DNA of 51,545 nt from Chloroflexota bacterium (GTDB lineage: Bacteria > Chloroflexota > Limnocylindria > Limnocylindrales > Limnocylindraceae): NCBI GenBank assembly GCA_038145565.1, contig JAYQPX010000001.1, positions 74,255 to 125,799 on the forward strand. Direction: 5' to 3'. A model generated the notes under the pieces. The model saw only the letters and a program-made list of their open reading frames with translations. It was not told the origin of the DNA and made no database searches. Both the position numbers and the translations under genes were made by a program. Below are positions 1-9,427 of this stretch, in pieces; position 1 is the stretch's first letter, and the number at the start of each line of letters is the position of its first letter.

Positions 1-107
1 CGCTCGATTGGCAGTTGCGACAACTCGCCGGCGCAATCAAGCCATTCGCTCGCACTGAGGCCGATCGTGCCGAGCGCGACACCGAGTCGCGGGGTGACTC
101 CCGTCAC
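1..107 (-). CDS. Partial CDS (N-terminus only), possibly an LLM-class flavin/F420-dependent oxidoreductase
   Basis: A GTG at 107-105 overlaps the deoD stop (GTGA coupling). It reads MTGVTPRLGVALGTIGLSASEWLDCAGELSQLPIE and runs off the window edge. The strand-then-helix pattern resembles LLM N-termini, but the product call is weak. Confidence 0.45.
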   Translation of the reverse strand, partial: MTGVTPRLGVALGTIGLSASEWLDCAGELSQLPIE

Positions 108-883
108 CGCGCGCCGAGTTGCGCCGCCGCCTTGAGCGCGGCACCGATCGTTCGGTCGATGCGTGCAATCAGCTCAACCTCTGGAAGTCGGTACCAGGCC
201 TCGCCACCATTCTTTCGCGCCTCTTTCACAAGCTCAGGATCGCGGATCGTGTCCGAGACGGTGAGGATTGTGCCCGCGCGAACCGGTCGACCTTTTGCGC
301 GCTCGCGCATTGCGAGGAGGAAGAGTGCCGCCGACTCCATCTCCACCCCGAGATAGCCGCGCGCGCCCCAGCGCGCAGTCCCACGCGGCTCTGGGTCATA
401 GAAGACGTCAGAGGTGACGATCGGGCCAACGTGCGTGGTGAGACCCTCCGACTTCGCAGCGGCGATCAGCGCACCGGTCACATCAAAGTCTGCGGTTGGT
501 GCCGTCGGCTCATTAAACCCGAGAATCGGGCCAATGCCAGAGCTGGCCACCGCTGCGGACGCAACGAGTACGTCACCTGTTTCTAGGTGCAGGAAGCCAC
601 CACACGTACCTACGCGAATGAACGTCTCTGCGCCAAGGTTGAGCAACTCTTCAACGACGATGGAGGTGGTTGGCGTGCCCATGCCAGTTGTCTGCACGCT
701 CACGGGGACGCCGTTCACCGTGCCCGTGTATCCGAGCAGACCACGGTGTTCGTTGACGAGCTTCGCCTTCTCCAGACCGCCATCGAATCGCGCTGCGATC
801 CTCTTCGATCGATTCGGGTCGCCCGGCAGGAGAACAACTGGAGCGTAATCGCCACTCTCGGCGTGCAGGTGAATCTGAGCCAT
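104..883 (-). CDS. deoD: Purine/uridine nucleoside phosphorylase (NP-I, DeoD-type)
   Basis: Motifs LLPGDPNR, EHRG, TGMG, IRVGTCGG, TSDVFY and VEMESA. Start moved to ATG 883, which has GGAGG upstream. Confidence 0.88.
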   Translation of the reverse strand: MAQIHLHAESGDYAPVVLLPGDPNRSKRIAARFDGGLEKAKLVNEHRGLLGYTGTVNGVPVSVQTTGMGTPTTSIVVEELLNLGAETFIRVGTCGGFLHLETGDVLVASAAVASSGIGPILGFNEPTAPTADFDVTGALIAAAKSEGLTTHVGPIVTSDVFYDPEPRGTARWGARGYLGVEMESAALFLLAMRERAKGRPVRAGTILTVSDTIRDPELVKEARKNGGEAWYRLPEVELIARIDRTIGAALKAAAQLGAR

Positions 884-947
884 GCTGCCTCCGCATCTAC
901 TCGGCCCGCCAGAGACGGCGGGCACCGTACGGTGTAGCGTACGCCTC

Positions 948-1391
948 ATGAGCGCAGAGCGGCTTCAAGAACCCGCAATCAGGGCCTTCCTTGAACGGCC
1001 CCACTTCGCCACGCTCGCAACGGTGAACGCGGATGGCGCTCCGTTCTCAGCGGTGGTCTGGTACGCCCTTGAGGGCGAGCGCATCCTCTTCAACAGCGCC
1101 GAGGGTCGGCGGTGGCCGGCAAACCTTCGTCGCGATCCACGCGTTTCGATCATGATCGAAGAGGGATACAACTACGTCCAGATCCTTGGGCGCGTGCACA
1201 TCATTGATGACCAGGAGGCGGCACAGGCGCAGATGGCAACGATCGCCGCGCGCTATAGCGCGACGCCAGAAGTTCTCGCCGAGCGGATCGCCGAGTTCAA
1301 AAAACAGACGCGCATCGGCTTTGAACTATCTCCGACCACAATCCTCGCCGACGGCGACCCAGGCGCGAAGCGCACCGCGAAAGGTTCGTAA
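948..1391 (+). CDS. PPOX-class F420-dependent oxidoreductase (split beta-barrel)
   Basis: Motifs ATLATVNADGAP...VWY and NLRRDPRVS. Sits in the F420 cluster. ATG 948 follows a TAGCGT -10 hexamer. Confidence 0.85.
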   Translation: MSAERLQEPAIRAFLERPHFATLATVNADGAPFSAVVWYALEGERILFNSAEGRRWPANLRRDPRVSIMIEEGYNYVQILGRVHIIDDQEAAQAQMATIAARYSATPEVLAERIAEFKKQTRIGFELSPTTILADGDPGAKRTAKGS

Positions 1392-1392
1392 C

Positions 1393-2388
1393 GTGGGGAG
1401 CGGATCAGCGAAGATTGGATACGCCGCAATGCTCGAGCAATTCGGCCCGCAAGAGGTCGTCGACTATTCCATTGCCGCCGAACGCGCGGGGATGAGCGGC
1501 GTCATGGCTGCGGATCACTTCCAGCCATGGGTGCCAGAGCAAGGGAACGCGCCGTTCGTCTGGAACGTCATGACGCTCCTTGCGGAGAAGACGAAAGGCG
1601 ACATCGGTCCAGGGGTCACCTGCCCAGGATGGCGCATGCATCCAGCAACGGTGGCACAGGCTTCTGCGACGCTCGCCTCCATGTACCCAGGGCGACACTG
1701 GCTCGGTCTCGGCTCTGGTGAAGCACTCAACGAGCATGTGGTCGGAGGCTATTGGCCGGAGGTTGGCGAACGCATCGCGCGCATGTTTGAGGCGATTGAG
1801 ATCATCCGCAAGCTCTTCACTGGGAAAGAAGTGAAGCACGCCGGCCGCTGGTACCAGCTGGAGAGCACCCGACTATGGACACTCCCTGCAGAGCTGCCAC
1901 CGATTTACGTGGCCACGGCGGGTCCGATCACCGCAAAGAAGACCGGTGAACTGTGCGATGGAATAATCACCGTCGGCGCAGCGAATGAGAAGATCCAGAC
2001 TGTCTTTGACAAGTTCGCCGAAGGAGCGCGCGCCGCAGGGAAGAACCCAGACGCGATGCCGAAGATCCTGCAGCTACATCTCTCGTGGGCACCAACCGAC
2101 GAAGAGGCGCTTCAGAACGCAATGCGCGAGTGGCCGAATGGCGGGATGAAGTTCCCGAAGCAAGACATCCGCAATCCCGCTGACTTCCAACAGATGGCCA
2201 AGCTCGTTCGTCCAGAGGACTTCACCGGCCGGATGCTGATCTCCAGCGATCTTGTTGCGCACCAGAAGACCATCCAACGCTACCTGGATATGGGCTTCGA
2301 CAAGATCTATCTGCACAACGTCGGCCGCAATCAGGTCGAGTGGGCCGAAGCCTTCGGCCGTGAGGTGCTCCCCGGCCTCACCGCGTGA
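1393..2388 (+). CDS. F420-dependent LLM-class oxidoreductase (TIGR03557/G6PDH-F420-like family)
   Basis: Motifs LEQFGP, ADHFQPW, GVTCP, AQASATL and LGLGSGEALNEH. Adjacent to cofD. GTG start directly after the PPOX stop. Confidence 0.88.
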   Translation: MGSGSAKIGYAAMLEQFGPQEVVDYSIAAERAGMSGVMAADHFQPWVPEQGNAPFVWNVMTLLAEKTKGDIGPGVTCPGWRMHPATVAQASATLASMYPGRHWLGLGSGEALNEHVVGGYWPEVGERIARMFEAIEIIRKLFTGKEVKHAGRWYQLESTRLWTLPAELPPIYVATAGPITAKKTGELCDGIITVGAANEKIQTVFDKFAEGARAAGKNPDAMPKILQLHLSWAPTDEEALQNAMREWPNGGMKFPKQDIRNPADFQQMAKLVRPEDFTGRMLISSDLVAHQKTIQRYLDMGFDKIYLHNVGRNQVEWAEAFGREVLPGLTA

Positions 2389-3344
2389 GCCCGCGCGTAG
2401 CACTCCTTGCTGGTGGGGTTGGAGGCGCAAAGCTTGCCGACGGTCTCTATCGCGCACTCCCACAGGGTGCGCTGAGCATCATCGCCAACCCGGGAGATGA
2501 CTTTGAGCTGCATGGCCTCACCATCTGCCCAGATCACGACACGCTTCTGTACACCCTCGCCGGACTCGGCGATCGCGAGCGCGGCTGGGGACTCGCTGGC
2601 GAGACCTGGAACGCACTCGAACAGTTCGGCAAGATTGGGGCGCCCGACTGGTTCAGGCTCGGCGATCGTGACTTGGCGCTCCACATTCACCGCACGGCAC
2701 TTCTCAAGAGTGGAGGTCGTCTCACCGAAGTGAACCGCGAGTTGCAGCGGCGACTCGGACTCCCTGACGCGCCGATCCTGATAGCGACTGACGACCCGCT
2801 CCGAACCAGAGTTCGAACCGAAGAGGGCTGGATGGAGTTTCAGCCATGGTTCGTGGGTGCGCAGGCGAAGCCAGAGGTCCTTGAGGTTGAGTTCGTCGGT
2901 GCGCAGAGCGCACGCGTGAGCCCCGAAGTGACCGAGGCGATTCTCAGCGCCGAACTGATCGTGATTGCGCCATCAAACCCACTCATCTCCATTGGACCAA
3001 TCCTTGCCGTCGACGGAGTGCGAGAGGCGATCGCGATGGCACGCACGAGCGGCGTTCAGGTGATCGGCGTTTCACCGATCGTTGCGGGAAGGGCGATTAA
3101 GGGACCAGCCGACCGGATGTTGAAAGCTGCTGGCCTCCCCTCTTCGCCAGTTGGTGTGGCGCGCGCACTTCCCGGACTCTTTGACACATTGATTGTCGAT
3201 GAGGGCGACCTCACCGATGCACTGCGCACAGAGCTCGCCCCACTCGTACCACGAATCGTTGGCGCCGCGACCGTGATGCACGACCACGATGCGCGCCTCG
3301 GCCTTGCACGGCGGCTCTTGCAGGCCGCGTCTGACCGCGAATGA
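2385..3344 (+). CDS. cofD: 2-phospho-L-lactate transferase CofD/FbiA
   Basis: Motifs LAGGVGGAK, NPGDD, ICPDHDTLLYTLAG, WFRLGDRD, APSNPLISIGPI and KGPADRM. Confidence 0.95.
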   Translation: MSPRVALLAGGVGGAKLADGLYRALPQGALSIIANPGDDFELHGLTICPDHDTLLYTLAGLGDRERGWGLAGETWNALEQFGKIGAPDWFRLGDRDLALHIHRTALLKSGGRLTEVNRELQRRLGLPDAPILIATDDPLRTRVRTEEGWMEFQPWFVGAQAKPEVLEVEFVGAQSARVSPEVTEAILSAELIVIAPSNPLISIGPILAVDGVREAIAMARTSGVQVIGVSPIVAGRAIKGPADRMLKAAGLPSSPVGVARALPGLFDTLIVDEGDLTDALRTELAPLVPRIVGAATVMHDHDARLGLARRLLQAASDRE

Positions 3345-4726
3345 TCGCGGCGATTCTCCCGTTTCGCAGTGTTGCCGATTCCAAGCGGCGCATGGAGGGC
3401 TCCCTCAGTGAGCAGGAGCGAATGGAGCTCTCCGCGCGCCTCCTTGTTCGCACGCTCGGCGCTCTGCGCAACGCGCGCAGCATCGAGCGAACGATCCTCG
3501 TCTCACCTGATCCGCTGGCACGGGAACTCGCCAGAGCATCAGGTGCCGTAGCGATTGACGATCGTGGCGTGCCGCTGAATGAAGCGATTCTGCTCGGGCT
3601 CCAGCACGCACGCGCAGACGGGGCAACAACCGCGCTGATTATTCCAGTCGACCTTGCGCACGTCTCAGGCGGCGCACTCGATGAGCTGATTCGCGCATGG
3701 CGCGTGAGCGGGGCGGCAAGCGCCCTCCTCCCCGCACTCGATGGCGGCACCGCGGCGCTGATCACCCCGCTGCCGACCAGCATGAACCTCCGCTACGGAG
3801 AAGGGAGTGCTGCGCTGCACCTCCGCGAGCTCACCGCGACCACCAGCAGCGTGCATCAACTCACCTCCCCACTCGCCGCAGATCTCGACACTCCGGAAGA
3901 CCTGGCCACCCTCACCGCGTCAGGGGGAGGCCGCACTGCGGGCGATCGACACGGCGGCTTGATCGCACTCCCCATCGACGGGCTCGGGGAGATTCAGCCG
4001 AACGACAATCTCCCAGAACTGATTGCAGAGGTCGTGCACCGTTTCTTGGACGAGCGCGCCGTTGGTCCGTTGCAACCTGATGATGTGATCAGCGTTACGC
4101 AGAAGATTGTCTCAAAGGCAGAAGGGGCGATCGTCGATCTCACCACTGTCACTCCGCGACAAGAGGCGGTTGCGTACGCAGAGAGGTGGAAGCGCGACGC
4201 ACGACAGGTGGAAGTGGTTCTCCAGGAAGCGGTGCGCGTCGTGCGCATGGATCGTGGCGTGATCATCACCGAAACAGCGCACGGCTTTGTCTTGGCGAAC
4301 TCGGGGGTCGATGCGAGCAACGTTGGCCCGCGCAGCGGCGAGATCGTCACCCTCCTCCCTCGCGATCCCGACGCCTCCGCAGCACGGATCCGCGCCGCAA
4401 TCGCCGCGCGAACAGGCGTTGCACCAGGGGTGATCATCACCGACTCCTTCGGGCGACCGTGGAGGCTTGGAATCACTGACGTTGCGATCGGCCTTGCGGG
4501 CATTGCTGCGCTGGACGACCTACGCGGGCAGCCCGATGCGGATGGTCGTGTCATGGCGGCCACCGTCCGAGCAGTCGCCGATCAGATCGCCGCTGCGGCA
4601 GAGCTTGCGCTCGGGAAGAGCGCAAAACGTCCACTCGCCTTCATTCGCGGAGCGAAGCCAGCCCCCACAGAGTCGGGGAGCGTCCGTGAGAGCCTGATGC
4701 CTCCCGACTGGGATCTCTTCCGCTGA
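3341..4726 (+). CDS. cofC-cofE: Fusion of CofC/FbiD guanylyltransferase (N-terminal ~190 aa) and CofE F420-0:gamma-glutamyl ligase (C-terminal)
   Basis: CofC half: SKRRM, LNEA, PVDL, DGGT, YGEGSAALH, DLDTPEDL. CofE half: GEIQPNDNL, VTQKIVSKAEG, ANSGVDASN, LLPRDPD, ITDSFGRPWR. One uninterrupted ORF. Confidence 0.9.
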   Translation: MIAAILPFRSVADSKRRMEGSLSEQERMELSARLLVRTLGALRNARSIERTILVSPDPLARELARASGAVAIDDRGVPLNEAILLGLQHARADGATTALIIPVDLAHVSGGALDELIRAWRVSGAASALLPALDGGTAALITPLPTSMNLRYGEGSAALHLRELTATTSSVHQLTSPLAADLDTPEDLATLTASGGGRTAGDRHGGLIALPIDGLGEIQPNDNLPELIAEVVHRFLDERAVGPLQPDDVISVTQKIVSKAEGAIVDLTTVTPRQEAVAYAERWKRDARQVEVVLQEAVRVVRMDRGVIITETAHGFVLANSGVDASNVGPRSGEIVTLLPRDPDASAARIRAAIAARTGVAPGVIITDSFGRPWRLGITDVAIGLAGIAALDDLRGQPDADGRVMAATVRAVADQIAAAAELALGKSAKRPLAFIRGAKPAPTESGSVRESLMPPDWDLFR

Positions 4727-4775
4727 CCACCCCGCTCACTGATCGCCCCGCTCCGCATGCGCCTACAATGAGCGC

Positions 4776-5798
4776 ATGACTGAGAAGAGTTTCACGATTG
4801 ACTTTGGCGGCAGTGAGCCGGGGAGCACGACCGCCGCAAGCCCTGCGAAGCCCACCCCCTCAAGCGCGGCTCCAGCACACAGCAAACTCCTCATCCTCGG
4901 CTCCGGCCCTGCGGGCCTCACCGCTGCAATCTATGCGGCACGCGCGCAGTTAGCGCCAATCCTGCTCGCCGGATACGCGCCAGGCGGCCAGCTAATGCTC
5001 ACCAGTGAGGTAGAGAACTTCCCCGGCTTCCCAGACGGCATCGATGGACCAGACCTGATGGCGAAGATGCGCGCACAAGCGGAGCGATTCGGCACCGTCG
5101 TTGTCGACCAAGATGTTGACCGCGTCGATCTCTCGAAGCAGCCGTTCCGAGTTTGGAGCGCAGGGCGTGAGTTCACCGCGGATGCCGTGATCGTTGCCAC
5201 CGGCGCATCCGCAATCTGGCTAGGGCTAGAATCCGAGACACGCCTTCGCGGACGCGGCGTGAGCTCATGTGCCACCTGTGATGGCTTCTTCTTCAAGGGC
5301 GAAGAGGTGGCAGTTGTTGGCGGTGGCGACACCGCACTTGAAGAGGCGCTCTTCCTGACGCGCTTTGCCACCAAGGTACACCTTCTCGTCCGTCGTGACT
5401 CCTTCCGTGCCAGCAAGATCATGGTTGCACGCGCCAAGGCGCACGAGAAGATTCAAATCCACCTCAACCGCGAAGTGGTCGAGGTTATTGGCGAAAAGAA
5501 GACAGAAGCGCTGATCCTCAAGGACACTGTGAGTGGTGCCACAGAGCAACTCGCCGTCGGCGGTCTCTTTGTTGCGATTGGACATAAGCCAAACACTGAA
5601 CTGCTAGGCGGCGCGCTCCCTGTTGATGCGGCGGGCTATCTGCAGGTGAAGGAGCACTCTTCGGCATCTGCGATTGACGGCGTCTTCATTGCGGGGGATG
5701 TCCACGATCATCGGTATCGTCAGGCGATCACCGCCGCTGGCGACGGCTGTCGTGCGGCGCTTGATGCCGAGCGCTGGCTCGCCGCTCGCGAGGCGTAA
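4776..5798 (+). CDS. trxB: Thioredoxin-disulfide reductase
   Basis: Motifs GSGPAG, ENFPGF, CATCDG, GGGDTA and AGDVHD...RQAITAAG. Confidence 0.97.
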   Translation: MTEKSFTIDFGGSEPGSTTAASPAKPTPSSAAPAHSKLLILGSGPAGLTAAIYAARAQLAPILLAGYAPGGQLMLTSEVENFPGFPDGIDGPDLMAKMRAQAERFGTVVVDQDVDRVDLSKQPFRVWSAGREFTADAVIVATGASAIWLGLESETRLRGRGVSSCATCDGFFFKGEEVAVVGGGDTALEEALFLTRFATKVHLLVRRDSFRASKIMVARAKAHEKIQIHLNREVVEVIGEKKTEALILKDTVSGATEQLAVGGLFVAIGHKPNTELLGGALPVDAAGYLQVKEHSSASAIDGVFIAGDVHDHRYRQAITAAGDGCRAALDAERWLAAREA

Positions 5799-6935
5799 CT
5801 ACTCTTCTTCGCCCACCCCTACGAGGAGTGCCGCGGCGGTGCTGAGCGGCATCACAAGCAATACCCCTGTAGTCCCTACTAGCGATCGGACGATTTCAAC
5901 GGCGACCGACTCACTGCTAATTCGTGTGAGTAGGTCACCTGGCGCGATCAGCGTAGAGACGACGAGCGGAAGCGCCGCAGCAAAGTACGCCAGCGGGAGG
6001 GTATTGATCACCGCTGCGATGTGTGCCCGACCAATACTGAGTGCGCGCGTTGCGATCACCAGATCTGACTCTCGACGCGCCCCCTGTCGCAACTCATCAA
6101 CGGCGGCGACCTGCGTAGCGGCAACATCATCGATGATGCCCATCGTCCCGATCAGCGCAGCGGCGAGGCCAATGCCCCGTAAGTCCACGTCTGCTCCGAG
6201 GAGTGGGAGAAGATTGAGGAGATCTGCGTCACCTGCAAACGGGGTGAACGCAAGGAGTTGATCAAAGAGAGCGGAAAGTAGCCCAACGACGACCAGACTC
6301 GCCGAGATGCCAAGGATCGCCGCGGTGGATCGACGCGAGAAGCCTTCACTGATGAGCGTGGTGAGGGTGCCAACCGCAAGCGCGGTTCCACCCGCAACAA
6401 GAACAGGCGATGCACCCGACAGAATTGCGGGGAGCCCGAAGCGAACAATCAGGATCGTTGCGGCAAGCAGCGCGATCAGTGCACGCGCCCCACGTGAACC
6501 GGCGACGACGATCACCAACGCCGCGAAGGCGACGGCTAACAGTACGAGAGCTCCTCCGCGTGAACGATCTGCGACGGCGTAGGTCAAGCCCCCTGCATCA
6601 TCTGGCAGCTCAACAAGGAGAACTTCGTCGCCCGCGCGAAAGGGGATGGAACCAGCGATCGCCTCCCCCTGTTCGACCTCGGCGCGAGCCCGCTCACCGG
6701 CAGCCGCGCCGTCCAGGATCTGGACCTCAACGCTCCCAGAGAACCCGCCAACGGAGCCAGTCGGCGTGGTGAGCAGCGTGGCACGCACCAGCGTGGACGC
6801 CCCTGGGTTCGCAGGGAGGGACCACGGGCTCGGCAGCAGCACCAGGAGCGCGAGAAGCACGCTCGCGGCAAGAAGCGGTGCGCTCTTACGAAACCGGCTG
6901 CCAGGTGAGCTGGAGATTGATCGTGAATTCGGCAT
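5799..6935 (-). CDS. YibE/F family membrane protein
   Basis: Small extracytoplasmic domain ending VADRSR, then many TM helices. Motifs GIIDDVAATQ, GRAHIAAVINTL and EIVRSLVG. Confidence 0.85.
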   Translation of the reverse strand: MPNSRSISSSPGSRFRKSAPLLAASVLLALLVLLPSPWSLPANPGASTLVRATLLTTPTGSVGGFSGSVEVQILDGAAAGERARAEVEQGEAIAGSIPFRAGDEVLLVELPDDAGGLTYAVADRSRGGALVLLAVAFAALVIVVAGSRGARALIALLAATILIVRFGLPAILSGASPVLVAGGTALAVGTLTTLISEGFSRRSTAAILGISASLVVVGLLSALFDQLLAFTPFAGDADLLNLLPLLGADVDLRGIGLAAALIGTMGIIDDVAATQVAAVDELRQGARRESDLVIATRALSIGRAHIAAVINTLPLAYFAAALPLVVSTLIAPGDLLTRISSESVAVEIVRSLVGTTGVLLVMPLSTAAALLVGVGEEE

Positions 6936-6993
6936 CCCCTCTATGCTAGCCGCCTCGTGCGGGGCGTTTACGAAGCACCCGTAGACTCATGGT

Positions 6994-7332
6994 ATGCAGA
7001 GCGAACCGAGCCCGAGCGCGATCCGAATCATCCGCGAAGGGCAGCGGGTGGAACTGGACTGGGCGGATGGCCACCAGAGTCAATTCGACGCTGTAGCCCT
7101 GCGGTGGCTCTGCCCGTGTGCGTATTGCCGCGGCGAGGCTGGACTCCCTGGCTGGCTCGATGCCAATCCGTCGCTCTCGGAGCAGCAGACGACCTTCACC
7201 GGCGGTGAGCTCGTTGGAAGCTACGCGCTCTGTCTCTTCTGGGCCGACGGACACCGAACTGGCTACTACACGTGGTCCCTACTGCGTAGCAACTGCGCGT
7301 GTGCAGCCTGCATCACCGATCCGCATGGCTGA
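6994..7332 (+). CDS. DUF971/GBBH-like N-terminal domain protein (Cys-rich)
   Basis: Motifs WADGH, LRWLCPCAYC, GSYAL and WADGHRTGYYTW..LR..CAC..C. Confidence 0.85.
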   Translation: MQSEPSPSAIRIIREGQRVELDWADGHQSQFDAVALRWLCPCAYCRGEAGLPGWLDANPSLSEQQTTFTGGELVGSYALCLFWADGHRTGYYTWSLLRSNCACAACITDPHG

Positions 7333-9424
7333 GGCGCGCGAGCATCGTCGCCGCCTCGTCGTCAGTCGCGAGCTCTCCGCTCTCGCCTTCAACGCCCGCG
7401 TCCTCCATGAGGCACGTGACTCGCGCACCCCGCTCTTGGATCGCTTCAAGTTCCTCAGCATCGTCTCGTCAAACATTGACGAGTTCTTTGGCGTCCGTGT
7501 CTCCGGAATTCGTGAGCAGATTGACGCTGGCGTGCAGGCCGCAAGTGCGGACGGCCGCTCCCCTGCCGAACAGATGCGCGCGATCCGTGAGGCGGCAGCG
7601 CTCCTCATGCTGGCGGCCCAAGATGCTTGGCGCGAACTGACGACTGAACTTTCCACTGTCGGCCTCTCCTTGGTTCACTGGGAAGAGATCGATCGTGCGA
7701 CGCAAGAGACACTAGCAGCGCGCTTCAAGCAAGAGATCTTCCCAGTGCTCACCCCGCTCGCAATTGACCCGGGACACCCCTTCCCCTATGTCAGCAGCCT
7801 TAGCCTTTCGCTTGCCGTGCAGTTGCACGATCCGGAGCGAGGTGAACGCTTCTTCGCACGCGTCAAAGTGCCCCAGATACTGGGAAGGCTGGTGCAGATC
7901 GGTGACGGTCGTGCCATCCTCTTGGAGGACCTGATCCGTGCACACATTGATCAGCTCTTCGTCGGTCATGAAATTGCTGGTGCATATGCGTTCCGCATCA
8001 CACGAGATGCCGACATTGAGGTTGAAGAGGGTGAAGCGGATGACCTCCTTGCGGCGATTGAGGAGGAGTTGCGACAGCGCCGCTTCGGCAAGGTCGTGCG
8101 CGTGGAGATTGAAACATCGGCGCCCGTAGAGGTACGCCAGCTGCTCCTTGCAGGATTCGAACTCCAGGCAGACGCACTCTCCGAAGTTGACGGCGTGCTC
8201 GACCTCACGGTGAGTGGAGAGATCGCAGCGCTTCAGCTACCGAACCTCCACAGTCCCACGTGGCATCCCGTCACACCTCCAAGGATTGCAGAGGCCCCAC
8301 GCGCGGCCGACGGCGGTGCTGACCTCTTCCGTGTCATCGAGCAGGGCGATCTACTGATGCACTACCCATACGAGAGCTTTGACGCGAGTGCCGAGCGACT
8401 CTTCCAGCAGGCGGCGGTTGACCCTGATGTCCTCTCCATTCGCTCCACGCTCTACAGGACGGGCGCTGTTTCAAGCATCCCCGGCCATCTGATCCAAGCT
8501 GCACGCGCAGGAAAAGAGGTGGTCGTGCTGGTGGAGTTAAAGGCGCGCTTTGATGAGGCAGCAAACATCGAGTGGGCGAGAAGGCTTGAAGAGGCAGGGG
8601 CACACGTCATCTACGGGATGAGCGGCCTTAAGACGCACTGCAAGGCCACGCTGATCGCCCGAAGGGAGAGTGGGGAGATTCGCCGCTACGTGCACCTCTC
8701 CACCGGGAATTACAACCCACGTACCGCTCGACTCTATACCGACCTCTCCCTCTTTACCGTTGACAACGCGTTCGGGGCTGATCTGAGTGCACTATTCAAC
8801 TATCTGACCGGCCTCTCAAAGCATGCCGACTATCAGCGCCTCCTCGTTGCGCCCGCACAGTTGCGTCACGCAATCGGGCGGCGAATCAGCGCCGCTGTGG
8901 AAGACGCTGCTCGCGGCGGACGCCCATACATTGCTGCAAAGGTGAATGCTCTCGTTGACACCGAGATGATCGGCCTCCTCGATGACGCGGCGGCACGCGG
9001 CGTCAGGATCGACCTGATCGTGCGCGGCATGTGTGGCCTGATTCCCGATCCAGATCGCCATGAGGGGCGCCTCCACATCCGCTCGGTCATTGGAGAGTTC
9101 CTCGAGCACAGCCGCCTCTACCACTTCAACATTGCGGGGCGTGCGGAGTGGTTCGCCGGAAGCGCAGACCTTATGGATCGCAACCTTGATCGCCGCGTTG
9201 AGGTCCTCTTCCCGCTGCTAGATCCAACTTCAATCAGCCGCTGCGAAGAGGTGCTGCGCGTCCTCCTCGCCGACCATCGCAACAGTTGGATCCTGCAGCC
9301 AGACGGTGCCTGGCTCCGCAAGGAGGATCTGGAACCGGATGGCGCCAGCAGCTCAAGTTTTGCTGAGTTCAAGCGACTCGCGGTACAAGCTGCCGTGACC
9401 CTGCCGCATGAGCCTACGCTTTAG
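7325..9424 (+). CDS. ppk1: Polyphosphate kinase 1
   Basis: Motifs RELSALAFNARVL, SNIDEFF, HPFP, LLMHYPYESF, TLYRT, VELKARFDE, KTHCK, TGNYN and FLEHSR. Start at ATG 7325. Confidence 0.96.
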   Translation: MAEAREHRRRLVVSRELSALAFNARVLHEARDSRTPLLDRFKFLSIVSSNIDEFFGVRVSGIREQIDAGVQAASADGRSPAEQMRAIREAAALLMLAAQDAWRELTTELSTVGLSLVHWEEIDRATQETLAARFKQEIFPVLTPLAIDPGHPFPYVSSLSLSLAVQLHDPERGERFFARVKVPQILGRLVQIGDGRAILLEDLIRAHIDQLFVGHEIAGAYAFRITRDADIEVEEGEADDLLAAIEEELRQRRFGKVVRVEIETSAPVEVRQLLLAGFELQADALSEVDGVLDLTVSGEIAALQLPNLHSPTWHPVTPPRIAEAPRAADGGADLFRVIEQGDLLMHYPYESFDASAERLFQQAAVDPDVLSIRSTLYRTGAVSSIPGHLIQAARAGKEVVVLVELKARFDEAANIEWARRLEEAGAHVIYGMSGLKTHCKATLIARRESGEIRRYVHLSTGNYNPRTARLYTDLSLFTVDNAFGADLSALFNYLTGLSKHADYQRLLVAPAQLRHAIGRRISAAVEDAARGGRPYIAAKVNALVDTEMIGLLDDAAARGVRIDLIVRGMCGLIPDPDRHEGRLHIRSVIGEFLEHSRLYHFNIAGRAEWFAGSADLMDRNLDRRVEVLFPLLDPTSISRCEEVLRVLLADHRNSWILQPDGAWLRKEDLEPDGASSSSFAEFKRLAVQAAVTLPHEPTL

Positions 9425-9427
9425 CGC

